Shown: piece by piece, positions 1 to 10,805 of the stretch
How positions within the stretch are numbered: position 1 is the first letter of the stretch
How the letters are laid out: each line of letters starts with the position of its first letter
Origin: Candidatus Thalassarchaeum betae
GTDB taxonomy: Archaea; Thermoplasmatota; Poseidoniia; Poseidoniales; Thalassarchaeaceae
Assembly: GCA_003193925.1 (NCBI GenBank)
Contig: PSPG01000001.1
Coordinates: forward strand, 15,494 to 79,493
Length of the DNA: 64,000 bases
Direction of reading: 5' to 3'
Notes under the pieces: generated by a model
The model's database searches: none
What the model was told of the DNA's origin: nothing
What the model saw: only the letters and a program-made list of their open reading frames with translations
Position numbers and translations under genes: made by a program

Positions 1-102
1 ATGTGCGGCTCGATAATGCAGATTCCCCACCCCAAGCGCGAGCGATACAAGGTCATCTGCGCCTACTCTGAGTGCGGCCACGAGGACATGATAGGATTCT
101 GA
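1..102 (+). CDS. 3' end of a probable zinc-ribbon protein (partial at window edge)
   Basis: Frame 1 reads MCGSIMQIPHPKRERYKVICAYSECGHEDMIGF-stop (TGA 100-102); the Cys spacing resembles a Zn ribbon. Confidence 0.5.
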   Translation: MCGSIMQIPHPKRERYKVICAYSECGHEDMIGF

Positions 103-870
103 TCAGACCCCAGCCACCTCCAGTATGCGATTTGCTGCTGCTATGACGAGCACCGCGACGAGCAACCTGCGCACCATCCTCTGCGGAGCTACGTCGGCAC
201 CGAGGCGTGAGCCGAGGAATCCACCGAGCATGACAACCACTGCAAATGAGCCGAGCACCCCGAAATCCAACTCTATCTGACCTGATAGGGAGGCGCCAGC
301 CAGCCCGGCGGCGGAATTGAGCCAGATGAACAGAGCAGCGGTCGCAGCTGCGGCCTTCGGGGTGGCCCACTTCTTGAGCATGAGCACAGGAGACAGGAAG
401 ATCCCCCCTCCCACTCCGGTGATCCCACTCGCAAGGCCTATGGCGCCACCGATGGGGAGGGCAGTTGCAGTACTCGGGTATCCCATCACCCCCACTCCCC
501 CTTCATCTCTTACCGAGAGCAGGCGCCAGGCTGCCCAGAGCAGAGCGATGCTGAGGATGACATCGTAGATCTCCCCACCGACTCTCATGTAGCCACCGAG
601 TACGGCGAGTGGGATGCTAGCAGCGACGAAGGGAAGAGTCAACTTTGGGAGGTGGTGCCCTGCTCTCTGGTAATGCCAGAAGGCGATTCCCGCGACAATG
701 AGATTCAGGCTCCACGCGTACTGCTTCAACCACTCCGCCTCCATTGTTCCGTAGGAGGTCAGGGAGAGCACGGCGAGGTATCCGGAGCCACCGCCGTGAC
801 CCACCGAGGAGTACAACATCGCCACTAGGAACAATCCGATGAGGATGAGGCCGAACTCCGTCGAAACCAC
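103..870 (-). CDS. Sulfite exporter TauE/SafE (TSUP) family membrane protein
   Basis: Very hydrophobic; duplicated Gly motifs SSVGHGGGSGY and GITGVGGGIFLSP; start set at GTG 870. Confidence 0.85.
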   Translation of the reverse strand: MVSTEFGLILIGLFLVAMLYSSVGHGGGSGYLAVLSLTSYGTMEAEWLKQYAWSLNLIVAGIAFWHYQRAGHHLPKLTLPFVAASIPLAVLGGYMRVGGEIYDVILSIALLWAAWRLLSVRDEGGVGVMGYPSTATALPIGGAIGLASGITGVGGGIFLSPVLMLKKWATPKAAAATAALFIWLNSAAGLAGASLSGQIELDFGVLGSFAVVVMLGGFLGSRLGADVAPQRMVRRLLVAVLVIAAANRILEVAGV

Positions 871-920
871 GCATGACCCACATAGGAAGAACACTTCAAC
901 TCAACCGCCGCTCAAGCGTC

Positions 921-2129
921 ATGGAGACGGGCGTCACTCTCGAGCGAGGCATCGAACTTGCATGCTCCGCTCCGTTCACCAGACACACCGAGAAGGTAAG
1001 TCTGGATGAGGCCGCGGACCGGGTTTTGGCTGCGCATCTCGCTTCCAAGGTCGACGACCCGTGCTTCGATAACTCTGCGATGGACGGCTGGGCTGTTCGT
1101 GCGGAAGACTGCCTGCAGGACGGTGCGGAATTGAGAATAATTGGCACGAGCCAAGCCGGGGCGAACGCGCCCCCACCGGTAGCATCAGGCGAGGCCTGCA
1201 GGATAATGACTGGCGCGCCGATGCCTGAAGGAGCCGACGCCATCGTGATGATCGAGGACTCGGAGGAGACTGATGGCTTGGTCAGGATATCGGGCCCGGC
1301 CCGGCCCAATTACATCCGCCGCAGGGGCGAGAACCTCATTCTGGACCAGATAGCCCTGCATGCAGGCACGCAGATGAGCCCCGCAGCAGTTTCCCTTGCC
1401 GCGACGATGGGTCACGACGAAATCGAGGTGGTCGCTCGACCGAGGATAGCAGTAATCAGCACCGGGGATGAGCTGGTCCCGCCCGGCCAAGAACTCTCTG
1501 AGGGCGAGATACACGAGTCGAACTCCTACGGCCTCGCCTCTTTGGTCGAGAGGATGGGCGGCGAGGCCGTTCGCTTCGATATTATTCACGACACCATCGA
1601 AGGACTACGCGACGCCCTCGACTCAGCCGCCAACGACTGCGACGCGCTCATTACTAGCGGTGGTGTCAGCATGGGCCAGTGGGATTTGGTCCGCAAACTG
1701 ATGGAGGAAGAGGGGACACCGCTCTTCTGGAGACTCAGACTCAGTCCAGGCGGCCCACCGATTTTCGGTACCTGGAAGGGCACGCCACTGTTCGGCCTCC
1801 CTGGTAATCCGGTGAGCAGCCATGTGGTGTTCATCGCCCTTGTCGCCCCTTGGATGTCGCATTGCATGGAAGCCCACCCCGAACTCGGGCCGAAACTTGC
1901 GGAGAAGGTGAAGGTCAAACTCGTGGACTCTGTGAGGGGAGCGCGGGGTAAACTCTGCATGAGACGCATCATGATCAAGCCCGCCGGGGACGGCCTGTCA
2001 GCATCGGTGCACACCCACCAGGGAAGCGGTAACATCCACAGCATGGTGGCGCACAACGGCCTCACCCTCCTTCCACCGGACACCGACGCAGAGGCAGGAG
2101 ACACCATCGATGCCCTTTGGCTGAGATGA
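921..2129 (+). CDS. moeA: Molybdopterin molybdotransferase MoeA
   Basis: FDNSAMDGWAVR, IMTGAPMPEGADAIVMIED, STGDEL, SGGVSMG and GLPGNPVS motifs. Confidence 0.93.
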   Translation: METGVTLERGIELACSAPFTRHTEKVSLDEAADRVLAAHLASKVDDPCFDNSAMDGWAVRAEDCLQDGAELRIIGTSQAGANAPPPVASGEACRIMTGAPMPEGADAIVMIEDSEETDGLVRISGPARPNYIRRRGENLILDQIALHAGTQMSPAAVSLAATMGHDEIEVVARPRIAVISTGDELVPPGQELSEGEIHESNSYGLASLVERMGGEAVRFDIIHDTIEGLRDALDSAANDCDALITSGGVSMGQWDLVRKLMEEEGTPLFWRLRLSPGGPPIFGTWKGTPLFGLPGNPVSSHVVFIALVAPWMSHCMEAHPELGPKLAEKVKVKLVDSVRGARGKLCMRRIMIKPAGDGLSASVHTHQGSGNIHSMVAHNGLTLLPPDTDAEAGDTIDALWLR

Positions 2130-2205
2130 GGCACATCTTGCTGGTGCGAGCATGAATTCAAGGACAACCTCGCGCACGCTTGCTCCGCGCGCGGGGTGCT
2201 GAGAC

Positions 2206-5187
2206 ATGGCTAAGCGAATGAAGAATGGCGCAGCCAAGGACGGATGGATAGAGGTCCGAGGCGCCCGCACCCACAATCTGCAGAACATCGACGTGAGCAT
2301 TCCACGCGGCAAGTTCGTCGTTCTCTCCGGGGTGTCGGGCTCAGGCAAGTCCAGTCTCGCCTTCGACACGCTGTACGCCGAGGGGCAGCGCCGCTACGTC
2401 GAGAGCCTGAGCTCCTACGCGAGGCAGTTCCTTGGCCAGATGAAGAAGCCAGACTGCGACAGCATCGAGGGCCTGTCACCTGCAATCAGCATCGACCAGA
2501 AGCAGGGCAGCCACAACCCACGCTCCACCGTCGCCACGGTCACCGAGATCATGGATTACCTCCGCCTCCTCTGGGCTAGGGTCGGCTTGCCTCACTGCCC
2601 ACAGTGCGAGAAGGAGGTCGCCCGCCGGACTGTTCAGGAGATAGTCGACGACGTGCTGTGGAGGTTCGAGAACCACGCGATTGCAGTCTGGAGTCCGGCT
2701 GTGCGCAACCGCAAGGGCACCCACGCCGAGCTGTTCCGCGCTTTCGTCGAGCAGGGCTACCTCGAGGGCAGGGTGAACGGGCGCGTCGGGAATTTCGAGG
2801 AGCCGCCCGAACTCGAGAAGAACCTCCGTCATGATATAGATGTGAGGATCGACAGGATGCGCCTAGACCGCTCCAATCGCCAGCGCCTGACCGAGGCGGT
2901 CGACGCCGGTCTGCGACTTGGGGCCGGGGCAGTCGCAGTGGAGTGCCTCAAGGCGCCCAAACCGCGAAAGTCCGATAATTCCGAAGAGCAGAGGTTCCAG
3001 ACAAAGCAGGGAGAGAGCATAGCGTACTCGGAGGAGTTCGCATGCCCTGAGCACGGCGCTTTCCTACCTGAGATGAGCCCGCGGGTGTTCTCTTTCAACA
3101 ACCCGTTGGGGGCTTGCCCCTCGTGTCAGGGCCTGGGCGTCCAGAGGAACTTCTCACCCGACCTCGTGATAGATCGCACGGCTACTGTCGGGGAGGGCTG
3201 CATCAGGCCCTTCCGCCGCTCGATGATGTCAGGCTGGTACCGCACTCAGATGACGCAGACCTGCGAGCACTACGACATTCCCTCGGACATCCCCTTCGGG
3301 GAGATGGACGACGACGCTCAGGACATTCTCCTGAATGGCACTGGTAGCACTGCGATTAACTTCGAGTTCGTCTCCGGGGCCGGTTCGTCCTACAGGATGG
3401 TCAGACCGTGGGAGGGCGTCTTTGCTCGGTTGCGGAGGACATACACCGACACGAGTTCCGTCCGGACCCGCTCTCGCCTCACTTCTTACATGACCGACGA
3501 GCCCTGCCCGGGATGCAACGGCCAGAAGCTCAACGGGGCGGTCAGCAGGGTCATAGTCGGGGGGATATCGCTGCCTGACATCTCCTTCTGTAGCGTCCTC
3601 GAGGCGCTGGCCGTGGTTCAACGCTGGCGCCTCGGTGGTCTGGACGACACATGGGTCAAGTTGGACCGCGACGAGCCTGACACGGAGACGGTCAGCCGGA
3701 GCGAGCAGCTCGACGAACGCTCACTGTTCATCGCTCACGAGATAATCAAGGAGATCGAGTCGCGCCTCCGCTTCCTCTCACTCGTCGGCCTCGACTACCT
3801 CACTCTCGACCGCCGCGCAAACTCCCTCTCTAGCGGCGAGTCGCAGAGGATCCGCCTCGCCACCCAGATAGGCACCCGGCTCACCGGTGTCATGTACGTC
3901 CTCGACGAGCCGAGTATCGGCCTCCACCCGAGGGACAATGGCCGCCTGCTTGAGACACTCAGGGAACTCACTTCCCTCGGCAACACCCTGCTGGTCGTCG
4001 AGCATGACGAGGCGACGCTGAGACAGGCCGACTGGCTGATCGACTTGGGGCCGGGCGCCGGCAAGGAGGGCGGCCGCGTCGTCGTCAGCGGTGAGTTGGA
4101 CGAACTCTTATCGAGCAAGGAGAGCGTGACTGGTGCATATCTGTCAGGCAGGGAGAGCATACCATTGCCAGAGGACAGGGCGATCCCGGAAGACGACCGC
4201 TGGCTGGTCGTCAGGGGCGCGCGCCAGAACAACCTGCAGGATATCGACGTGCGGATCCCCCTCGGCTGCATGGTGGCCGTGACCGGAGTCTCGGGCTCCG
4301 GCAAGTCATCCCTCGTGTCCTCGACTTTAGCTCCCTCACTGCTCCGCGAGCTTCATGGAGCGGACACGACCCCCGGGCGCTGCGACAGAATCGAGGGCAT
4401 CGAGCATATCGACAAGACCATCGCAATCGACCAATCTCCGATTGGTCGCACTCCCCGTTCCAACCCCGCGACCTACACCGGCGCCTTCTCACCGATACGC
4501 GACCTGTTCGCCAAGACCAACCTCTCTAAGGAGCGCGGCTACCAGCCAGGGCAGTTCTCGTTCAATGTCAGAGGGGGCAGGTGCGAGGCGTGCAAGGGAG
4601 CTGGCTCGACCAAACTTGAGATGAACTTCCTAGCTGACGTCTGGGTGGTCTGCGATGTCTGTAAGGGCAAGCGCTACACCCGCGAGACCCTCGAGGTCTT
4701 GTGGCGTGGCAAGAACATACACGACGTCCTCGAGATGAATGTCGAGGAGGCTTGCGAGTTCTTCGCCAACCAACGCTCGATCTTCCGAATCCTCTCGACA
4801 ATCAGAGACGTCGGCTTGGGGTATATCCACCTCGGCCAGCCGGCCACCACGCTCTCCGGTGGCGAGGCACAGCGCGTCAAGCTCGCCACCGAACTCCATC
4901 GTCCGGCCAAGAAGCACACCGTCTACATCCTCGACGAGCCCACCACAGGCCTCGCTCTGGCTGACATCCACCAGCTGATCGAGGTGCTGCTCCGCCTCAG
5001 GCGCAACGGCCACACTGTCATCGTCATCGAGCACCACCTCGATGTGATCAAGTGTGCGGATTGGGTTATCGACCTAGGCCCTGAGGGAGGCGAGCGAGGC
5101 GGATTGCTCGTCGCCGAGGGACCTCCCGACGAGATAGCCAAGAACCCCGACAGCTACACAGGCCAGCACTTGATTGGCTATGTGTGA
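2206..5187 (+). CDS. uvrA: Excinuclease ABC subunit A
   Basis: Two Walker A motifs [36 protein letters not shown] signatures, LDEP Walker B, CxxC Zn modules. Confidence 0.98.
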   Translation: MAKRMKNGAAKDGWIEVRGARTHNLQNIDVSIPRGKFVVLSGVSGSGKSSLAFDTLYAEGQRRYVESLSSYARQFLGQMKKPDCDSIEGLSPAISIDQKQGSHNPRSTVATVTEIMDYLRLLWARVGLPHCPQCEKEVARRTVQEIVDDVLWRFENHAIAVWSPAVRNRKGTHAELFRAFVEQGYLEGRVNGRVGNFEEPPELEKNLRHDIDVRIDRMRLDRSNRQRLTEAVDAGLRLGAGAVAVECLKAPKPRKSDNSEEQRFQTKQGESIAYSEEFACPEHGAFLPEMSPRVFSFNNPLGACPSCQGLGVQRNFSPDLVIDRTATVGEGCIRPFRRSMMSGWYRTQMTQTCEHYDIPSDIPFGEMDDDAQDILLNGTGSTAINFEFVSGAGSSYRMVRPWEGVFARLRRTYTDTSSVRTRSRLTSYMTDEPCPGCNGQKLNGAVSRVIVGGISLPDISFCSVLEALAVVQRWRLGGLDDTWVKLDRDEPDTETVSRSEQLDERSLFIAHEIIKEIESRLRFLSLVGLDYLTLDRRANSLSSGESQRIRLATQIGTRLTGVMYVLDEPSIGLHPRDNGRLLETLRELTSLGNTLLVVEHDEATLRQADWLIDLGPGAGKEGGRVVVSGELDELLSSKESVTGAYLSGRESIPLPEDRAIPEDDRWLVVRGARQNNLQDIDVRIPLGCMVAVTGVSGSGKSSLVSSTLAPSLLRELHGADTTPGRCDRIEGIEHIDKTIAIDQSPIGRTPRSNPATYTGAFSPIRDLFAKTNLSKERGYQPGQFSFNVRGGRCEACKGAGSTKLEMNFLADVWVVCDVCKGKRYTRETLEVLWRGKNIHDVLEMNVEEACEFFANQRSIFRILSTIRDVGLGYIHLGQPATTLSGGEAQRVKLATELHRPAKKHTVYILDEPTTGLALADIHQLIEVLLRLRRNGHTVIVIEHHLDVIKCADWVIDLGPEGGERGGLLVAEGPPDEIAKNPDSYTGQHLIGYV

Positions 5188-5237
5188 GTCCGGCGCCGGG
5201 CCAAGCCTTGAGAAGGCAGGCCACCTGAGGGCGGCCG

Positions 5238-5996
5238 ATGTACCGCTCAGGCAACCCCGCGCTGTCCGATTCCACCTTCGAGAAGAGTGCCTACAAAGAG
5301 GCCAACTGGTGGGATGAGGACTCCAACCTGATGTCAATTGAAGGGGTCTCTGAGAAGACCGGAATCCTCCTCCTCATCACGGCAACCACTGCTATAGCGA
5401 CAGCGATGCGGATGCCGGAGGCGGGAGCTCTGATTTTACTAGGGGTGATTGGAGGTTTCATCATCGCGATGATGATAATCTTCTCCGGTTCTATGAATCC
5501 GATGCTGATCTGCACTTACGCTGCCTTCGAAGGACTCGCTTTGGGTGGGATCACATGGATCTTCGAGGTGTATTTGGAGATGCCAGGTATCGGTATTCTC
5601 GCCGCCCTCCTGACCTTCCTCATCCTTGGGGTGATGATAGCGATATACAGGGCGGGATTGATTCAGTGGGACAGGAACACGGCCATCGCGGTCACCTCCG
5701 CCCTTGGGGCTATTGTCCTGATTTACCTCATTTCCATCGTCGGTGGTTTCCTCGGTTTCGAGATTCCGTACATCCACGGCTCAGGCCCGATTGGAATCGC
5801 ATTCTCGCTCTTCGTTGTTGGGATTGGCGCGCTGTGCCTCGTCGCGGACTTCGACTTCATCGAGAAGGGGGTTGAGAGGGGTGCGCCCAAGCAGCTTGAG
5901 TGGCGCGCCGCTTTCGGGCTCATGGTCACGCTGATCTGGCTCTATCTGGAAATCCTCAAACTCCTAGCGAAGATAGCCGCCCGCACGAGGCGTTAG
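5238..5996 (+). CDS. Bax inhibitor-1/YccA-like membrane protein
   Basis: N-terminal RSGNPAL, about 7 TM segments, C-terminal LVADFDFIE...EWRAAFGLMVTLIWLYLEILKLL. Confidence 0.85.
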   Translation: MYRSGNPALSDSTFEKSAYKEANWWDEDSNLMSIEGVSEKTGILLLITATTAIATAMRMPEAGALILLGVIGGFIIAMMIIFSGSMNPMLICTYAAFEGLALGGITWIFEVYLEMPGIGILAALLTFLILGVMIAIYRAGLIQWDRNTAIAVTSALGAIVLIYLISIVGGFLGFEIPYIHGSGPIGIAFSLFVVGIGALCLVADFDFIEKGVERGAPKQLEWRAAFGLMVTLIWLYLEILKLLAKIAARTRR

Positions 5997-5999
5997 GCA

Positions 6000-6638
6000 A
6001 TGGATACTGACCTGATTGCTAGCCTCGCGGCCGTCGGTGTCGCGCTCGGAATAGTAGAAGGGATCAAACCCGGCCCGCTTCTGACGATGGTGATCCGAGA
6101 GTCTCTGACTAAGGGTCTGAAGGCCGGTATGTGGACGGCCGCGGCTCCGATTTTCACTGACGGCCCGATGATCATCGCGACCCTTCTCGTGGCGGGGTGG
6201 ATGGCAACTCAGCCGATGGTGCTGCTCATCATCTCCCTGCTCGGCGCCGTCTTCCTCACGAAAATGGGTGTGGACTGCTTCGGGCTCGAGCCTCCTTCTG
6301 CCGAACTCGGGGACGACGACGCGTCTGGTTCTTTCAAACGCGGCATTCTGACGAATCTGCTGAATCCGAATGTGTACATGTTCTGGGTCCTCATCGGCGG
6401 CCCCCTGATGGCTTCAGCAGCAGAGGAGGAGCCATTCGCACCGATCACATTCGCCCTGTGCTTCCTCATCTCCATCATCCTTGTGAAATCCGCGATAGCC
6501 TGGCTCTTCGTGGGGGCCGGGGATCGGTTGTCAACACGGGGCTACCGCATCGCCCTGTCGATCTGCGGCCTCGCCATGCTCGCTTTCGCAGCGGGCTTCG
6601 CCTACCAAGCGTACGGACTCTATCTGGAAGTCTTCTGA
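6000..6638 (+). CDS. LysE/RhtB family translocator
   Basis: PGP motif near N-terminus, GILTNLLNP motif, about 6 TM segments. Confidence 0.85.
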   Translation: MDTDLIASLAAVGVALGIVEGIKPGPLLTMVIRESLTKGLKAGMWTAAAPIFTDGPMIIATLLVAGWMATQPMVLLIISLLGAVFLTKMGVDCFGLEPPSAELGDDDASGSFKRGILTNLLNPNVYMFWVLIGGPLMASAAEEEPFAPITFALCFLISIILVKSAIAWLFVGAGDRLSTRGYRIALSICGLAMLAFAAGFAYQAYGLYLEVF

Positions 6639-8093
6639 CTAGAGGGTGCCCGGACCACCCACTGGAAGTTCTTCCAAGGTCCCGTTGCCGCGCAGTGAGG
6701 GGCCTATCGTCATCGTCCCGAAGATTCCTATCTCCCCCCCGATGTTGTGCGCCAGACCGAACCAGGGCCTGCCATACTGGTCGATCACGATGTCGTTGAA
6801 GTCACCGAAGCCGCCACACCGGTTGAAGCCGCAATCCGCGGTTGTGTCGAGCGGGTCACCCCAGGCGTTCACCTGCACCGTGGTCATCAGGGGCATCTCG
6901 CTGAAGGCATCGGTGATCACGGTGAGGTATCCGTTCCAGATGTCCCCCCCAGAGTCACCCAGATAACCGAAGGCTACCTTCCCGACGCCACCAGCTGCCA
7001 GAACCGGGAATCCAGTGCCGTTGAGACCGATTGGAGGGGCGATCATCAGAGGCTCGCTCCAAGTCTCACCCTCATCCTGTGAGTAGGAGTAGTAGGGCAT
7101 GTTGTCGAAACCCATCCACATCGCGTGTACGTTGTCCTCGGAGTCGGCAGCCACCTGTGCCTCCTCGAAGTTCCAGGTCTCCGCCGTCCCGGTGGTCTCG
7201 GTAGGCAGCGGGTGCTCGGTCCAAGTGATGCCACCGTTCGTACTTCGGTAGATGGAGTAGCCCTCTCCGCCGTCGCAGCCTCTGTTGCCTCGGTAGAAGT
7301 TCCCGTTCTCCGAGCCCACCATGTGTCCTGTCAGCCCGCCACTATTGCATCCATTGGGTGCACCGGGCAATTCAGGCCCCCAACTCAGCCCGCCGTCATT
7401 GCTGGTCGCACACACTGGGTATGGGTAGTTCCCATTGACGCAGAACACCCAGGTCGTCGGGTGCAGAAGCGCGGGATACGGGGAGGAGGCGATCGTCTGG
7501 TGGTCCTGGACCGACCATCCTGTCGCTACCGAGGGCCCGGTCCAGCTCTCGCCTTCGTTGTCCGACCACTCGACGGTCATCCCCAACAAGGCGTGCATGT
7601 CGAACTTCATCACCCGATCCGTCCACAGGTCGACATAGAGGTACGGGTCGTTGCTGTTAGCTACGGGTAGGAAGACGTTGTAGACGTCCTCACACACGTA
7701 TTCGCTGACGTTGTTCATACCGATCATGCCAGAGCAGCGAACTATGGCGGTCGCGCCGTTGTCCCCATTGCCCCAACTGGTCATGTAGAGGTTGTCTGCA
7801 GTCGTGGCGCCCACCGTAGGCTCGAAAGTCGTCATGCCGATGCCGTAGTAGGTGCCGAAGGCGCAGGCAGGGATATTGTCACCGACCAGCACCGAAGTGC
7901 CGTTGAACACGTCCGATACCTTCGTTGCGTCGGTGGCGTTCGAGTAGTGGTACCAGGTGTTGTTTGCTATGCCGTCGAGACAGAGGAGCTCAAACACGTT
8001 CTCTTCGAACTCCTCGATTTCTTCCTCGCCGAAGCAGCCGCTCAGCGGCGCCGAGAACATCATCAGGACGAGGAGCCAAACCACTGCGCGCAC
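6639..8093 (-). CDS. Lipoprotein with Asp-box (BNR) repeats, sialidase-like beta-propeller
   Basis: Lipobox LSGC; Asp-boxes SDNEGESW, SNDGGLSW, STNGGITW, SQDEGETW. Confidence 0.75.
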   Translation of the reverse strand: MRAVVWLLVLMMFSAPLSGCFGEEEIEEFEENVFELLCLDGIANNTWYHYSNATDATKVSDVFNGTSVLVGDNIPACAFGTYYGIGMTTFEPTVGATTADNLYMTSWGNGDNGATAIVRCSGMIGMNNVSEYVCEDVYNVFLPVANSNDPYLYVDLWTDRVMKFDMHALLGMTVEWSDNEGESWTGPSVATGWSVQDHQTIASSPYPALLHPTTWVFCVNGNYPYPVCATSNDGGLSWGPELPGAPNGCNSGGLTGHMVGSENGNFYRGNRGCDGGEGYSIYRSTNGGITWTEHPLPTETTGTAETWNFEEAQVAADSEDNVHAMWMGFDNMPYYSYSQDEGETWSEPLMIAPPIGLNGTGFPVLAAGGVGKVAFGYLGDSGGDIWNGYLTVITDAFSEMPLMTTVQVNAWGDPLDTTADCGFNRCGGFGDFNDIVIDQYGRPWFGLAHNIGGEIGIFGTMTIGPSLRGNGTLEELPVGGPGTL

Positions 8094-8137
8094 GATGCGC
8101 GGTCATGCCTCGCATACATCAGATGAACGGCGACCTG

Positions 8138-9649
8138 TCATCCCATCTTGAGGGTTGAATTGCCCCCGACGGGCAACACGGGCAGGTAAGTCAACTCCCC
8201 GTACAGTGTCGGACCCTCCATCAGAGTCCCGATGACAGCCTCCTCAAAGCCCCGCGCGTTATGCGCCAGCGCGATCCACGGACGACCCTCATCGTCAATC
8301 TCGACATCGATGAAATCACCGAAGCCGCCGCAGCGCACGTTGCCACAATCAGAGGTGATGTCCAACGGGTCGCCCGGGTGGTTGACCGCCACGCTAGTGA
8401 TCAGCGGGCGCTCGGCGAAGGCATCGGTAATGATAGCCATGTAGCCCGACCAGCCACTTACCGAGGCATTGCTCTCGATGTCGTTCACCTCGCCGATGTA
8501 ACCGAGGACAACACGGCCCTCGGCGCCCGCGAATATGGTCGGGAAACCGGTTTCGTTGACACCTGGGGCTGCGATCATCATCGGCTCGCTCCAAGTGTCC
8601 CCCTGGTCCCTCGAGTACGCGTACCAGGGCATCATGCCGTCGCCGATCCACGTCGCGTGGACGTTGCCGCCGTCGTCCACGGCCGTAGCGACCTCGTGAG
8701 AGTGCCAGCCCTGCTGCATCCCGACCTCGGTCGTGATGGTGTGCTCGGTCCACGTGTAGCCGCCGTCGAGCGAGCGGTATACGGCGGGGCCTTCGCAAGA
8801 GGGGTTGCCCCTGTAGACCGACCCATCAATCCCTCCCACGACCTGCCCATGGAGACCCGAGCACTGGGGGAAGTGCTCACTCGGGTAGCCGATTCTCTGA
8901 GCATCCCACGTGTGCCCGCCGGTGAGCGAGCGTGAGCATTGAGCCCCAGCAGCAGGGGAGCCCGTATTGATGCAGTAGATGTAAACCACCTCTCCTACAA
9001 TGGCATTGGGGTGCGGCATCGAAGCGATGCTCTGGTGGTCTTGGGTCACATAGTAGCCTTCGACCGGGTACGGGATGCTCCACGAGTCACCGTCGTCGTC
9101 CGAATACTCCACGAACATCGCCGCGAGCGCATGCATGTCGAACTTGACCAGCCTGTCGGTGAACTTGTCGATGTAGATGTAGGGGTCGTTCGAGTTGGGC
9201 GTCTGCCCGGAATCCTCGTCAATGGAGCCAAACGGCCCGACGTCCTCCCATGTCTGCCCCTGATCGCGGGAGCGGATGATGTGCGTGCCGTCGCCCAGCC
9301 CGTTCCAGCTGGTGAAGAATATCGCACCCGACGAGGTGACCCCGATGGTCGGCTCGAAGGTGTCGTAGCCGGTGCCGTAGTAGGTGGCGTTGGCGAAGTA
9401 AGGCGTGCTGTTCCCCGTGAGATTGGCCGTGATGTTGGCCGCGGAGACCCCCGTGGCATTGGTGGCGTCGACCGCCCACGGCTCAGCGACTGTCCCGGGG
9501 TAGTGGTACCAGGTGGTGATTGGGACTTGCTGGTCGAACTCGAATGGACCCTTCTCCTCTTCTGCGACCTCATCGTCCTTCCACCACATGCACCCCGTCA
9601 TCGCGGAGCTGAGCAGCAGCATGACGAGCAGATGTGCGAGTCTTGTCAC
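8138..9649 (-). CDS. Lipoprotein with Asp-box (BNR) repeats, paralog of 6639-8093
   Basis: Lipobox MTGC; SRDQGQTW, SDDDGDSW, SLDGGYTW, SRDQGDTW; shares NSNDPY, KFDMHAL, QDHQ and RCGGFGDF with the neighbour. Confidence 0.75.
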   Translation of the reverse strand: MTRLAHLLVMLLLSSAMTGCMWWKDDEVAEEEKGPFEFDQQVPITTWYHYPGTVAEPWAVDATNATGVSAANITANLTGNSTPYFANATYYGTGYDTFEPTIGVTSSGAIFFTSWNGLGDGTHIIRSRDQGQTWEDVGPFGSIDEDSGQTPNSNDPYIYIDKFTDRLVKFDMHALAAMFVEYSDDDGDSWSIPYPVEGYYVTQDHQSIASMPHPNAIVGEVVYIYCINTGSPAAGAQCSRSLTGGHTWDAQRIGYPSEHFPQCSGLHGQVVGGIDGSVYRGNPSCEGPAVYRSLDGGYTWTEHTITTEVGMQQGWHSHEVATAVDDGGNVHATWIGDGMMPWYAYSRDQGDTWSEPMMIAAPGVNETGFPTIFAGAEGRVVLGYIGEVNDIESNASVSGWSGYMAIITDAFAERPLITSVAVNHPGDPLDITSDCGNVRCGGFGDFIDVEIDDEGRPWIALAHNARGFEEAVIGTLMEGPTLYGELTYLPVLPVGGNSTLKMG

Positions 9650-9734
9650 GACTCTCCGTGAGTAATCTCGTTGAAAACCAATCCTGTGCCCAGTTCCTCG
9701 GTCCCACTAGGGGTAATGGAGCGGGATTATTCCG

Positions 9735-10805
9735 TCAAGCCCAACCATTCTCGAAAATGACGGGTACCGAATCGAGCAGCGCCTCCTGCGGCGCCTTCCA
9801 CGACATTCCGAGGTCCCTCTCGGCCGGGCTGGCATCCCAATACAGACGGCGCCTTAGGTGCTGGCGCGCCCAGGCCAGGCTCAGCTTGGGGTGGAAGATT
9901 GAGACCACCAGAGCGGCCGGGTAGGGCAGGGTTAAGGTCGGCCACTTGCGCTCGGGATAGGCCTGTTTGAGAGTCAGCGAGACGTCCTTCCACCGCATGT
10001 CGCCGCTGACGACGAGGTAGCGTCCTGCGTCCTCGCCTCGTGTCAGGGCCCGGACGTGCGCTTCGGCCACATCCCTCACATCGACGATGTTGATCTGCAT
10101 CGGCAGGACCACCGGCAGTTCCCTGCGGATCAGCGCCATCACTAAGGCCAGCGAGCCGCGCAGGTGCCGCCGGCTCATGGGCGGGCCGAACACAACGCAG
10201 GGATGGATGGTGACCATACGCGGTCGGGTTTCCGGGTCGGCCGCCGAATGCCAGTTCCTCACGACCCGTTCTCCCTCGACCTTGGCAAGCCCGTACGGGT
10301 TGCCGTCCAGGGTCGCGTCATCAGCCCAACTCTCGCTCGTCAGCGTCTCTCCATCGCGCCACTTCATCGGACTGATGGCCGCTGTCGAGGAGGTGTGGAC
10401 GAATCTTCGGACAGTTCCGGATGCATCGATTGCGGCAACCACGTTGCGTGTTCCGATCACACTGGGATCGACGATCTGCCTCTGCGGGTCCTTGGCGCTG
10501 ATCCTCACCGCGGCTGCGGTGTGTATCAGATCCGTGCAGCCGGCGATGGCAGCGTTTACCGAGGCCGGCTCGAAGAGGTCCATCTCGACGATCTCCAGAC
10601 CGCCGCCTTCGGCCACGGGTAGGGCTCGGAGATGATCTGTCCGCTCTGGGTCGGAGCCATCCCTCACGGTCGCTCTGACCCTGCGCCCGCGAGCAAGCAG
10701 GTTTGCCACGACGTGGCTTCCGATGAAGCCGCTCGCGCCTGTGACCGTCACCACTCCCTCAGACACGGCCTCCGCAGGGGGCGCAGGGATTGAGAGTTTC
10801 CGCAT
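9735..10805 (-). CDS. Extended SDR, NAD-dependent epimerase/dihydroflavonol-reductase-like oxidoreductase
   Basis: TGASGFIG, TSSTAA, YGLAK (YxxxK), VDVRDVAEAH. Confidence 0.88.
   Translation of the reverse strand: MRKLSIPAPPAEAVSEGVVTVTGASGFIGSHVVANLLARGRRVRATVRDGSDPERTDHLRALPVAEGGGLEIVEMDLFEPASVNAAIAGCTDLIHTAAAVRISAKDPQRQIVDPSVIGTRNVVAAIDASGTVRRFVHTSSTAAISPMKWRDGETLTSESWADDATLDGNPYGLAKVEGERVVRNWHSAADPETRPRMVTIHPCVVFGPPMSRRHLRGSLALVMALIRRELPVVLPMQINIVDVRDVAEAHVRALTRGEDAGRYLVVSGDMRWKDVSLTLKQAYPERKWPTLTLPYPAALVVSIFHPKLSLAWARQHLRRRLYWDASPAERDLGMSWKAPQEALLDSVPVIFENGWA

Noticed and set aside
2176-2196. ACGCTTGC..CGCGCGGGG upstream of uvrA resembling 63161-63180
   Set aside because: Low-complexity GC-rich match with only two instances and no functional link
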